Part shown: positions 32,571 through 42,312 of the stretch, piece after piece
Position numbering within the stretch: the stretch's first letter is position 1
Layout of the letters: the number at the start of each line of letters is the position of its first letter
From: Methanomassiliicoccaceae archaeon
GTDB taxonomy: Archaea; Thermoplasmatota; Thermoplasmata; Methanomassiliicoccales; Methanomassiliicoccaceae
Direction of reading: 5' to 3'
NCBI GenBank assembly: GCA_963728405.1
Contig: CAVSJV010000005.1
Span: 452,435 to 516,434 of the forward strand
DNA: 64,000 bases
Made by a program: the position numbers and the translations under genes
The notes under the pieces: generated by a model
Databases searched by the model: none
What the model was told of the DNA's origin: nothing
What the model saw: only the letters and a program-made list of their open reading frames with translations

Positions 32571-33607
32571 CTCAGGGGGGCTTCCCGGAGCGCGCAGCCC
32601 GCGGTCCGCAACAGCCCACGGTTCGACGCCCGGAAGTGTACCTGGATGCGGTCCACGGCGTTGAAGCGGTACTTGTACGGTTCCGTTCCCCGCAGCAGGT
32701 CGACCTCGTTTCGGCCCGCCCGATAGCAATCCTCGATGATCTTGAGCAGCAGCACCGATCCGGGCGAGTACTTCGAGAGCTCGGGATCGAAACCCGAGAG
32801 GTAGTGCAGGTATCGTTCGGGGTCCTCGAACCCCATGGAGATGGCGGTAGGCCGTCCTTTCACTTCGATAGCATGGAAGACCACCGCCCCCTCTTGAGCC
32901 AGCTCCTTGGAGGCGCGGGCGACGAACTCGACCATACCCGGGGCCTTGAGCACGTTGGCGATGTCCCAGCGCGCATCGCTAAGCTCCTTCAGGTACTCGG
33001 TCGCCTCCTCCACTTCCTCCGGGGTGCGCATGGTCCGGATGACCGCGCCCTCGTCCTCCAGCCTCCTCCACCCCCGCCCCAGGTTCGACCTCATGCTCCT
33101 GGACAGCCCGGCGAAGTAGGTGAGGTAGTCGTCCTGGAGCGCGATGTGCGGCGAGATCGAGGTGACGTACTGGGCCGACGGATAGCAGGCTCGAACGTTC
33201 TGCTCGGTCGGCCCTCCGGCCAATATGTCCCGCAGCTCGACGACATCCCAGTCGTCTCGCGCCCGCAGGTGGTCCCAGATGGCCCGGTGAACGTCCGACC
33301 GCCCCTCGGCGGCGATGATGCCGCAGCGGTCCGATGGGCCGGAGCCAATGAACTCCAGCTTCCTCCAATGGGCTATCCGGCCGCGGGACGTCACCATGAG
33401 TGGTGCGAAACCCACCGCTCGGCCGTCCTCGACGACGCGAAGCACGAACAACTCCCTGCCGTCGCCGAAGACCTCCCACCACGGCCTAAGCCAGGCTAGA
33501 CTAAGGAACAATCGGTCCTCACCGCTAGTAGACAAAGCCTCTTTCCATTCCCCGGACACCCTCACCAGCTGGTCCAGGGAACGCATCTCCTCGATCTCGA
33601 GGGTCAT
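32567..33607 (-). CDS. GNAT acetyltransferase, CelD/BcsL type
   Basis: FLS..W...WW, VGFAPL, YSPGSVLL, DLLRG.EPYKYRF. Confidence 0.88.
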   Translation of the reverse strand: MTLEIEEMRSLDQLVRVSGEWKEALSTSGEDRLFLSLAWLRPWWEVFGDGRELFVLRVVEDGRAVGFAPLMVTSRGRIAHWRKLEFIGSGPSDRCGIIAAEGRSDVHRAIWDHLRARDDWDVVELRDILAGGPTEQNVRACYPSAQYVTSISPHIALQDDYLTYFAGLSRSMRSNLGRGWRRLEDEGAVIRTMRTPEEVEEATEYLKELSDARWDIANVLKAPGMVEFVARASKELAQEGAVVFHAIEVKGRPTAISMGFEDPERYLHYLSGFDPELSKYSPGSVLLLKIIEDCYRAGRNEVDLLRGTEPYKYRFNAVDRIQVHFRASNRGLLRTAGCALREAPLS

Positions 33608-33738
33608 TAGAATTCTACGATTGGAGCAGAGTATTCAAAAACATTTCTGCTGGCCTCAGCAGTGCCCGATCCGGGTGGCGGAGACCACAAACGATATGAC
33701 CCCCCTCCCTGTTACTTTGGTTTAGAGAGTGGGACCAG

Positions 33739-34644
33739 ATGAAATTAATTAGAACCGGAAAGGTCAAGCAGGTCTACGAGGTCGATGACGATACGCTTGA
33801 GTTCGTCTTCACTGATAACATCTCCGTATTCGATAAGATCATCCCCTCCCAGATCCCGTTCAAGGGCGAGACCCTGTGCCGCAGCGCCGCCTTCTGGTTC
33901 CAGGTCTGCCGCAACGCCGGCATCAAGACCCACTTCACCGAGCTGGTGCCCCCCAATCGCATGCGGGTGAAGCGCGTCAACGTCATTCACGATTACGGCA
34001 AGATCGACTGCAACACCAAGAACTACCTCATACCTCTGGAGGTCATCTCCAGGCACTATGTGGCCGGTTCGCTGTTCGATCGCATCAAGAGCAACGAGAT
34101 CGACCCTCAGGACCTGGGCTTCCCGAAGAACCATGAGGTCAAGTATGGCGAGAAGCTTCCGACCACCTTCTACGAGACGACCACGAAGCTGGAGAAGGTC
34201 GACCGGCTGCTGACCCGCGAGGAGGCGTTGAAGATCTCCGGGCTCACCGAGGAGGAGCTGGAGCACCTCTTCGAGCTGGTGGCCAAGATCGATGAGATCA
34301 TCGCTTCGGAGGTCGAGGAGCGCATGCTCATCCACGTCGATGGCAAGAAGGAGTTCGCCTTCGACGAGCACCGCCGCCTCATGGTCATCGATACCTTCGG
34401 TACCGCTGACGAGGATCGCTGGTGGGATGAGGACGCCTACGCCAACGGCGAGTGCATGGAGCTGTCCAAGGAAGCGGTCCGGCAATATTATCGTGAGACC
34501 GGTTACTTCGACAAGCTGATGGAGGCTAGGAGGATCAAGGCCCCCGAGCCCGTCATCCCCGCGCTGCCGGACGAAGAGGTCAAGAAGGTCAGCGAGCTGT
34601 ACATCGAGATGCTCGAACGATTGACCGGCGAAAGCTTCCGGTAG
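33739..34644 (+). CDS. purC: SAICAR synthetase
   Basis: GKVKQVY, DNISVFD, KGE, IPLEVI.R..VAGS, TTK, VDGKKEF, DE.RWW, SKE. Confidence 0.95.
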   Translation: MKLIRTGKVKQVYEVDDDTLEFVFTDNISVFDKIIPSQIPFKGETLCRSAAFWFQVCRNAGIKTHFTELVPPNRMRVKRVNVIHDYGKIDCNTKNYLIPLEVISRHYVAGSLFDRIKSNEIDPQDLGFPKNHEVKYGEKLPTTFYETTTKLEKVDRLLTREEALKISGLTEEELEHLFELVAKIDEIIASEVEERMLIHVDGKKEFAFDEHRRLMVIDTFGTADEDRWWDEDAYANGECMELSKEAVRQYYRETGYFDKLMEARRIKAPEPVIPALPDEEVKKVSELYIEMLERLTGESFR

Positions 34645-34969
34645 AAGAAAGCCACAAACCTCTTTCCTCATTAGGGGCTGGGAACGGCTCTCTTTCAACC
34701 TTTATAATGCTTCTTTGCAGATCCGACCAAGATGCTTTATTTCAACGCCGACCGCGAAGGAGCTCATCGGGCCGAATGGTTCGATCAAAGCTCGAGAGAA
34801 CGCTCCGGCCATCTAACCATGGCCCGAACTACAACGTAGGAGGAGCGCATTGCCCGAACCCGTGATCGGAGCGGAAAGGACATATGGGATATCTATTCGC
34901 TCAGGAGTAGACCTGCCGGTGGGGCCCATGGGTCATCTCTCCGCCCATGAACGCGCCAATTAGGGGCGT

Positions 34970-35395
34970 TCACTCGAGAGACACTTCGACCAGGCGCATC
35001 CCCTCGGGGCACTTGATCTCCTCATCGATCCGGGCCACCCGGAACTTCATGTTCTTCTCGAGACCTTTCGGATGGCAGACCTGATAATGCGGGCATCCCA
35101 GGGTCTTGCACTTGAGCTGTTCGAAGGTGATGGTGGAGCCTTCCATGGCGTACTTCTGCAGCATGGCGCACTTCTGCGGGATCTTCTGCACCTCAACCAC
35201 GCGAACCCCTTCCTCGTGGATGCGGCATTCATGCTGAACCGTCCGGACGGCCTTGATGCGATACATGCTCCCGGCGTCGAGGTTGAAGCATACCGCCTTG
35301 AGCTTGCAGTCCCTGCATTCGGTCAGCGGACCGCGATAGACGAACTTCTCTCCCTCTTTAGCCAGATGCTCTCCGATTAGCGTGATGACTACCAT
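34970..35395 (-). CDS. UPF0179-family Cys-rich archaeal protein
   Basis: ITLIG..LAKEG..F.Y.G...EC..C.LK..C..L; the usual neighbour of egsA. Confidence 0.85.
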   Translation of the reverse strand: MVVITLIGEHLAKEGEKFVYRGPLTECRDCKLKAVCFNLDAGSMYRIKAVRTVQHECRIHEEGVRVVEVQKIPQKCAMLQKYAMEGSTITFEQLKCKTLGCPHYQVCHPKGLEKNMKFRVARIDEEIKCPEGMRLVEVSLE

Positions 35396-35407
35396 TCCTA
35401 AACCTCC

Positions 35408-36472
35408 CTATATCACTCTGGTAATGGTGGCCAGGCGTTCGGCCGCCTCATAGGTGAGGCCGACGTGGCCAAGTATCGTGAACCTGCTGCGCACCTTGTG
35501 CGCGCTGATGAGCGCCTCGATGACCTGCTCGGGGGTGAGCCCGAGCTCCTTGGCCGAGGTGGGGGCCCCGATCTTGGCCAACGCCTCGCGGATGCGCATC
35601 CAGTCCCCCCCGTGCAGGTACATCATCATTATCGAGCCGACCCCGCACTGCTCCCCGTGAAGCGCCTTGCCGGGAGCGATCATGTCCAGGGCATGGGAGA
35701 ACATGTGCTCCGAGCCGCTGGTGGGCCGGGATGAGCCGGCCACCGACATCGAGATGCCCGAGATGATGATCGGCCGTATGGCGATCCATACGCTCTCCTC
35801 GAGGTTCGGTTTGATGAGATCGGCATTATCGATGATCGTTTCGGCGGTGTAGAGCGCCAGGGAGAACGCAGAGCGGGAGAATTCCTCTCCGCGCAGTCTC
35901 TTGGCATACTCCCAGTCCTTGACCGCCGTTGAGTTGGAAATGACGTCAGCGCAACCTGCGGCCAGGAGTCGGTAGGGCGCTTGCATGATGATCCCGGTGT
36001 CTGCGACCACGCCCAGCGGAACGCGGGCGTCAAGGGACAGGGGTCCATTTTCGTTCTTTATCGATGCCCGCCCGGAGGCTATGCCGTCGTGGGAAGCGGA
36101 CGTTGGAACGGAGATGAACTCCACTCCCAGGTTCTTGGCCGCCATCTTGGCCAGGTCGATCTTGCTGCCCCCACCCACTCCGAGCAGGAAGTTGGCTTTG
36201 ACCTCGCGGGCGATCCCCTCGACCTTACTCAGGTTCTCCTGGGTCGCTTCGCCCACGATGATGGTCTGGACCTCATAGTCGCTTTCTTTGAGGCGCGAGC
36301 CGACGATGTCCGCGGCCACGTTCTTGGTCTTGCTCCCGGTGACGATGAGGGCGGTGCCTGAGAGACCAAAATCCCTGCAGACGTCAGGTATCTGCTCCAG
36401 CACACCGTGGCCCGCCAACACGTTCCTTGGGAAAAGTATCGAGCGGGCTTTGGTGAAATCGCCCTCGTCCAT
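35408..36472 (-). CDS. egsA: NAD(P)-dependent glycerol-1-phosphate dehydrogenase
   Basis: GVGGGSKID, VPTSASHDGIAS, SSRP.SGSEH, LHGEQCG. Confidence 0.95.
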   Translation of the reverse strand: MDEGDFTKARSILFPRNVLAGHGVLEQIPDVCRDFGLSGTALIVTGSKTKNVAADIVGSRLKESDYEVQTIIVGEATQENLSKVEGIAREVKANFLLGVGGGSKIDLAKMAAKNLGVEFISVPTSASHDGIASGRASIKNENGPLSLDARVPLGVVADTGIIMQAPYRLLAAGCADVISNSTAVKDWEYAKRLRGEEFSRSAFSLALYTAETIIDNADLIKPNLEESVWIAIRPIIISGISMSVAGSSRPTSGSEHMFSHALDMIAPGKALHGEQCGVGSIMMMYLHGGDWMRIREALAKIGAPTSAKELGLTPEQVIEALISAHKVRSRFTILGHVGLTYEAAERLATITRVI

Positions 36473-36614
36473 TTGACCTCCCTAACCATAGCCCAATATT
36501 AGAACCTTCTTTTCTAGGTAACTGGGTCCAGGTGGGCCGGTTGATGTGCTGGATAGGTGAACCAGTGACATTAACACCCCTCGATGCAGTTGGTTTCCTT
36601 AACGCGGTTGAACC

Positions 36615-37421
36615 TCAGGGAACGCAACCCCGGAACCAGCGCTCCTCCTTGACCCTGGCCAACGCCTCCCGGTAGCCGGCCAGGTCGTTGAGGTGGCCCC
36701 CCCATATTTCCAATAGGGCGGGCAGCCCCCTCATCCTGGGCAGCATGGCCAGGTCGATATCCCCCGTGCCCAGCGGCAGGCCCTCATTGTTCGGATAGGA
36801 GGCGTCGGAGAGGTGGACATGACGGATCCGCCCCTTCAGATGCTCGAAGAACGACGCGATGGCCGAATTGCCACCCTTCTCCACCGACAAGTAGGCGTGG
36901 CAGACATCGAGAGTGATCCCGTCCACATACGGTAGTAGATCGTCGAACTCTTCCGGATGCAGCAGCAGGTTGCTCCATAGCAGGTCATTTCCGCAGTGGT
37001 ACCGCCGGGGCATGTTCTCTAGCCACAGCCTGCCCTCGATGCTGCCCAAGGAGCTGCCCAGGTTCCGGGCGAGCAGCTCACGGTCGGCGACCAGGTGTTT
37101 TCTCACCCCGCCGGGATGGACGACCGTGGGCACATTATAGCAGTGGGCCAGCCGGGCGATCCCGTCGATCCGGTCGACGAACGCCTCCCGCCGACCGGGG
37201 TCCTCGTCGGCCAGGTCGATGATCCATGAGTGGCCGTCCAGGCGCATGCGCTCCGGGGCGTGGACGATCAGGTCGCGGTCCTCGGTCTCCAGAAGAATTT
37301 CGAGACGTTGCAATGAATCGCCTTCGCGCATGAGCACTTCGATGAACTCGACGTCCAGTGATCGGACGATATGGACGTCGTCAAGAGTGGCCATGACTCC
37401 CCAGCGGGTCTCCGGGACCAT
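36615..37421 (-). CDS. Sugar-phosphate isomerase/epimerase (xylose-isomerase-like TIM barrel)
   Basis: HAP, VVHPG, LENMP, TLDVCHA, HVHLSD, GTGDID, LE; start uncertain. Confidence 0.8.
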   Translation of the reverse strand: MVPETRWGVMATLDDVHIVRSLDVEFIEVLMREGDSLQRLEILLETEDRDLIVHAPERMRLDGHSWIIDLADEDPGRREAFVDRIDGIARLAHCYNVPTVVHPGGVRKHLVADRELLARNLGSSLGSIEGRLWLENMPRRYHCGNDLLWSNLLLHPEEFDDLLPYVDGITLDVCHAYLSVEKGGNSAIASFFEHLKGRIRHVHLSDASYPNNEGLPLGTGDIDLAMLPRMRGLPALLEIWGGHLNDLAGYREALARVKEERWFRGCVP

Positions 37422-37803
37422 GCCTGGGAAATGAGCTTCGTAAGATAAATTATGTTTCCGTCGATGAACGGAAAAAGGAGCCCAAGAGGGGAGTTCAAGG
37501 GGAACACGAATCACCATTTCAGGAGGAGAAATTTGGGGAGTGAACCTTCCTGGGCTCCTTCGCCCCTGTATCGGGGATCATTATTTAAAGATTATTGAAT
37601 TGTATTTCCGTTATTAGTAATGGCGCCAAAGGGCGCCTCCGAGGTGCCACGGTCTGATCCGGTCCATACACTAAGGGCTCCGCCGGGGTGACCAAGTTAC
37701 TTCCAGACCCGCGACTGGCGCCGCTCCCCGTTAATCTTTGATTTCAAAATTACGATAATGGGGCCTTTCTTTATTATATAATATATTGCAATGCCCGATG
37801 ATA

Positions 37804-39949
37804 ATGCTAGAGCAGCCGGGTAATGCCGTCTCAGGGAACGAGGGATGGGAGAAGGTCGGTTCCTCTCTGAGCGTCACCCACCTGCTCGGTTATCTTCCAG
37901 CACCGATAATCTTCCTCGACCTCGCCGGTCGAATGACCTATGTGAGCGTTGCCGCAGAGGGCATCATCAGCAGGGGAGCAAAGGAATGCGTCGGTCTGCC
38001 TTTCGAGGGGGTGCTCTCAAAGCGCAGGGCGCCGCTGACCAAGGCCAACTTCGTCCTGGCGCTGGACAAGTGCCTTGCCGGCAATCCTGCCCGCGTCAAC
38101 CTCTCGTTCTCCACGCCCCGGGGCGATCCGGAGTATCGTTGCGTCCTCCTGCCCACCGCCGGCGAAGACGGCACCATTGACGGGGCCATGGTGCTGGTCC
38201 GCGAGGAGAAGACCTCCGAGCCGTCCGGTGAGGGTCGCTCGCTGGAATCGATCAAGGTACTGGCCCGGACCTCGACCGACCTGATCGAGAACGCCGACCT
38301 CAAGGAGATCATCGAGGATGAGGCGGCCCGGTTGGTCGAATCGTTGGGCCTCGACTTCGCCATCTTCCGCATCCTGACCCCCGACGAGCGTCCCCTGATG
38401 CTGTGCCACGGCATCGAGTACAAGGAAGCGAGGGAGATACTGGAGAGCAAACTGGCCGATGGGACGCCGATGTATCTCAGCGTGTGCAAGGGAAGAGGGA
38501 TGTTGCTCAACGACCTCTCCGACAGCACCGAGCTGCAGTGCGCCTCCTCGGACGTTAGATCACTGGCCTGCTTTACCGTCCACTGGTCTAACAAGGCCTA
38601 TGGTTGTGCCGTCTTCGGGACCAGGCGTCTGGACGCCAACGTCAAATCGAACTATCCCATCCTGCAGGTGTTCTGCAACCAGGTGGGGATCTCCCTGCGC
38701 AACGCCGCGCTATATCGGGAACTGAAGTCTCGGAACACCGAACTGCGGGGGATGTACGAGACCACCCAGGCGCTCTCATCCACGCTTGAGCTGGAGGAAC
38801 TGTTGCGGACCATCCTGCAGACCGCCCGAGATCTGGTGGGGGCGGACATCTGCTTCATCTTCCAGCTCAACGTTGTCCAGAACAACCTCAAGGTCATCTC
38901 CATGATCGGGATGGAGAGCATGCCGTCGGACAGTGGAGCTAGAGGTCGGCGAGGGGATCACGGGTTACGTGGCCCAAACCGGGAAAGGGATATTGGTCGA
39001 ACGGGCCGACCTGGACCCTCGTTCGGTGGTCGTTCCTGGCACCTCGAAGGACGAGCCAAGCTCCATCATCTGCGTGCCGCTGAAGTTCTCCGACAAGATG
39101 CTGGGGGTAATGACCCTGGAGAGGAGGCCGGGGATCCCGTTCAACCAGAAGCAATACGAGCTGATCGAGCTGTTCTCGCTGCAGGCCGCCATGGCTCTGC
39201 ACAACGCCTCGCAGTTCGAAAAGATCAAGGGCTATGCCAGCAACCTGCAGGTCTACAACGTCCTGCTGACCCATGACGTGGCCAACTTCAACGTCCCCAT
39301 CCACGGCTTCCTGGAGCTGCTGCTCAAGGACCCCAAGCTGGATGACCGCCAGCGCCGGTATGTGCGCTCCGCCCTGGTCCAGAGCGACAACATCTCCGAG
39401 CTGATCTCGGACGTTCGGGAGCTCTCCCGCCTGCGTTCCAAGCTGGGGGAGATGCCCCTGGAACTGGTGGACATGATCCCCGTGATCAAGGAGGCCAAGG
39501 AGGACATCTTTTCCAACGCGGTGTACGAGGACATCGAGACCCGCTTCGAATCGTCCATGGAGGCGGCGGAGATCAAGGCCGACGCCTTCCTCAAGGACCT
39601 TTTCTACAACCTCATGTCCAACGCCTGCAAGTATGGTCGAGGCCTCCCGGTGGAGATCAAGATAACCGAACAGACCGATGGGATCGATTGGTGGAAGGTG
39701 CAGATCACGGATGGCGGAAGAGGCATCCCTGACGAGCGGAAGGCCAGCCTGTTCAAGCGCTTCGACCAGCTGGACACCACTCAGGGTTCGGACGGCCACG
39801 GCCTCGGCCTGTCGGTCGTCGGGGCGCTGTGCGACCGCTATGGTGGCAAGGTATGGGTCGAGGACCGCGAGCCCGGTGACTTCAGCAAGGGGTCCATCTT
39901 CACCGTCCTGCTGCCTAAACCCTCTCCCAAGGCAACGGGGAGGAATTAG
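37804..39949 (+). CDS. PAS-GAF-GAF sensor histidine kinase; one apparent frameshift at 38932
   Basis: PAS and GAF segments, VGEGITG.VA, H-box THDVAN, N-box NLMSNACKY, DGGRGI, GHGLGL. Confidence 0.9.
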
Positions 39950-39950
39950 C

Positions 39951-40349
39951 ATGCCATCACCGAACGGAAATATCTGGGTACTGATGGTCGATGATAACCC
40001 TGAGCACGTCGAGCTATGCAAGGAATCGCTTCCCGCCGATGAGTTCGAGGTCGACGTCGCTGGGACGGGAACAGAGGCCCTGCGTATGCTGGATGCCAAC
40101 AATTATGATATCGTGGTCCTGGACTACACACTCCCCGACTTCACTGGGCTCGAGCTCCTCAAGCGGATCAAGGTCCGGGGGTTCAATGTCCCCATCGTGT
40201 TCGTGTCCGCGTCCAACGATGCCGACCTGAGCATGAAAGCGCTGAGGGCGGGGGCCTGCGACTACATCGTCAAGACCTTTCGTTATTATACCAGCCTCCG
40301 TTCGAGGCTCCTGGAGAACATCGACGCGTGCTCCACGCGAAAGCGTTGA
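39951..40349 (+). CDS. Stand-alone response regulator (REC domain)
   Basis: MVDD, LDYTLPD.TG, GA.DYIVK. Confidence 0.9.
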   Translation: MPSPNGNIWVLMVDDNPEHVELCKESLPADEFEVDVAGTGTEALRMLDANNYDIVVLDYTLPDFTGLELLKRIKVRGFNVPIVFVSASNDADLSMKALRAGACDYIVKTFRYYTSLRSRLLENIDACSTRKR

Positions 40350-40394
40350 GCCCGGGTCTAACTTTTTCATACCGGGGCACGATATGTAGGTCCG

Positions 40395-41198
40395 ATGAGC
40401 GACCAGAGCTATGTTCACGGGTACACGGACCGAGAGCGGACTCGGCTTGATGATCAGGCCCGTACTTTGACGGACCTCCTGCACCACGACACCGCCTACC
40501 CAGTCGGGAGCAAAGTTCTGGAGATGGGTTGCGGTGTGGGCGCCCAGACCGTCATCCTGGCCCGAAACAGTCCGGGAGCGCAGATCACTTCGGTGGACAT
40601 ATCCCCGGCTTCGCTCACTGCAGCCAAGGCGGCCGTGGACCGAGAGGGGTTCGATAATGTCACCGTTCAGGAGGCGGACATCTTCGGCCTGCCGTTCCCC
40701 GAGGGCAGTTTCGACCACGTGTTCATCTGTTTCGTCCTCGAGCATCTCCCTCGGCCGGAGATGGCCTTGGCGGTCGCCCGCAGAATGCTTCGACCGGGAG
40801 GGACGCTCACGGTCATCGAGGGAGACCATGGCTCTGCGTACTTCCATCCGAGGAACCAACTGTCCCAGCGGACCATCGACTGCCTGGTCGAGGTCCAGAG
40901 GGCCAGTGGGGGCGATGCCATGGTCGGCCGGCGGCTGTACCCACTGATCGTCGGAGCGGGGTTCCAGCAAGTGAAGGTGTCCCCTCGCACGGTCTATGTC
41001 GATCATTCTAGGCCGGACCTCGAAGAGGGGTTCACTAAGAACACCTTCACTGCCATGGTGGAGGGGGTGAGGGATCAGGCGATCTCGGCCAAAATGATGA
41101 CCGCGGACGATTGGAAGGAAGGGATCAGAGGACTATACCTGACGACGGAGGGGGGAACGTTCCTCTACACCTTCTTTAAGGGGACGGCGATCCGATGA
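40395..41198 (+). CDS. Class I SAM-dependent methyltransferase
   Basis: VLEMGCGVG, VDIS, LPF..GSFD, LRPGG. Confidence 0.9.
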   Translation: MSDQSYVHGYTDRERTRLDDQARTLTDLLHHDTAYPVGSKVLEMGCGVGAQTVILARNSPGAQITSVDISPASLTAAKAAVDREGFDNVTVQEADIFGLPFPEGSFDHVFICFVLEHLPRPEMALAVARRMLRPGGTLTVIEGDHGSAYFHPRNQLSQRTIDCLVEVQRASGGDAMVGRRLYPLIVGAGFQQVKVSPRTVYVDHSRPDLEEGFTKNTFTAMVEGVRDQAISAKMMTADDWKEGIRGLYLTTEGGTFLYTFFKGTAIR

Positions 41199-41247
41199 CC
41201 TCCTTGCACGATCTCAGCGCCCGCAACCCGGGTGGGAGGGGACGTCC

Positions 41248-41831
41248 ATGACCTTGGTCCTGGGGGTGTTGGGCAGCCCGCGGAAGGGCGGTAACACCGA
41301 CCTGCTGCTGGATGCCGCTCTCGAGGGAGCGAGGGAAGGGGGAGCGGAGGTCCGCAAGGTCGTCCTTTCCAGCCTGGACATCCACCCCTGCGACGCCTGC
41401 GAGGGCTGCGCGGACGGCGGGGGCTGCGTCATCGCCGATGACATGGTGCCCCTATACCAGCTCATCGATGAGGCGGACGTCCTCATCATCGCCTCGCCGG
41501 TGTACTTCGACGGTGTCAGCGCGCAGACCAAGGCGTTCATCGACCGCGGCCAGCTGTTCTGGGTCCGCAAGTACATGTCCTGAAGCGGCCGGGCAAGAAG
41601 AAGCGGGGCGCGTTCCTCTCGGTGGGCGCCCGTATTCGTACCGACTTCGCCTGTCCCGAAGCGACGGTGAAGGCGTTCCTGTTCACCGTGAACGCCGAGC
41701 CCTACCGCACCCTGGCCTATGCCGGGTTCGAGGAGCGGGGCTCCATCGTCGATCATCCCACCGCGCTGTGCGACGCCCGCTCCTTGGGCCGAGAGCTGGC
41801 GACGGGGGCAGAGGGCCGAAATGTCCATTAG
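41248..41831 (+). CDS. Iron-sulfur flavoprotein / flavodoxin family; apparent frameshift at 41575-41576
   Basis: GSPRKGGNT, C..C..C.....C, ASPVYF, K.FIDR; joins the 41622..41831 frame as KYVLK. Confidence 0.85.
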
Positions 41832-41858
41832 TCCGCTCACTGATGGGGCGGTCGTCAC

Positions 41859-42237
41859 ATGGTAGTTATCAGCGTTTCCATATCGGCCAAGGAGCTCAAG
41901 GATTTCGAGGAGGCGGCCAAGCAGACCGGGTTCTCGTCCCGCTCGGACGCGGTCCGGGACGCCCTGCACCGGTTCGTCTCGGGCAACACCTGGGTCAACG
42001 GGATGGAGGGTCGCATCAGCTGTGTCGTATCCATCATCTACGCCGACCGCAAGAAGCACCATGTCCACGACATCATCCACGAGTATGCGGACATCGTGCA
42101 CTCGTCGATGCATACCCACATCGATCACCGGTGCGTCGAGCAGATCGTGCTGGACGGTTCGTCCGAGGAGGCGCGCCGCCTGCTTACGGAGCTGTCGGCG
42201 CAGAAGGACAGTCCGCATCACGGTGAGCATGTTCTGA
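41859..42237 (+). CDS. NikR-family ribbon-helix-helix metal-responsive regulator; apparent frameshift at 42210
   Basis: ISVSI...L..F......GFSSRSDAVRDA, and H..........HxH....C metal site; the corrected end is QKDVRITVSMF*. Confidence 0.82.
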
Positions 42238-42245
42238 TGGCGGGA

Positions 42246-42286
42246 ATTTTTAATAAAAATGGCCTGCCAGATTAACACATTAATCT
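42246..42286. promoter_or_regulatory. Two AT-rich palindromes upstream of the P1B ATPase (candidate operator/promoter)
   Basis: ATTTTTA-A-TAAAAAT (42246-42260) and AGATTAA-CACA-TTAATCT (42269-42286). Confidence 0.5.
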
Positions 42287-42312
42287 TATAGTTCACCCTG
42301 GTTCGTTAGTAT

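Noticed and set aside
34645-34969. Possible ncRNA or small ORF between purC and the UPF0179 gene
   Set aside because: No tRNA, SRP, RNase P or convincing C/D-box pattern and no persuasive ORF
11636-39949. Pyrrolysine (TAG) read-through
   Set aside because: Several genes end in TAG, but at their expected C-termini; I found no gene interrupted by an internal TAG
13337-42237. Six frameshifted archaeal genes as true pseudogenes or programmed frameshifts
   Set aside because: Each is repaired by a 1-2 nt change with no other decay and no slippery heptamer; read errors are the simpler explanation
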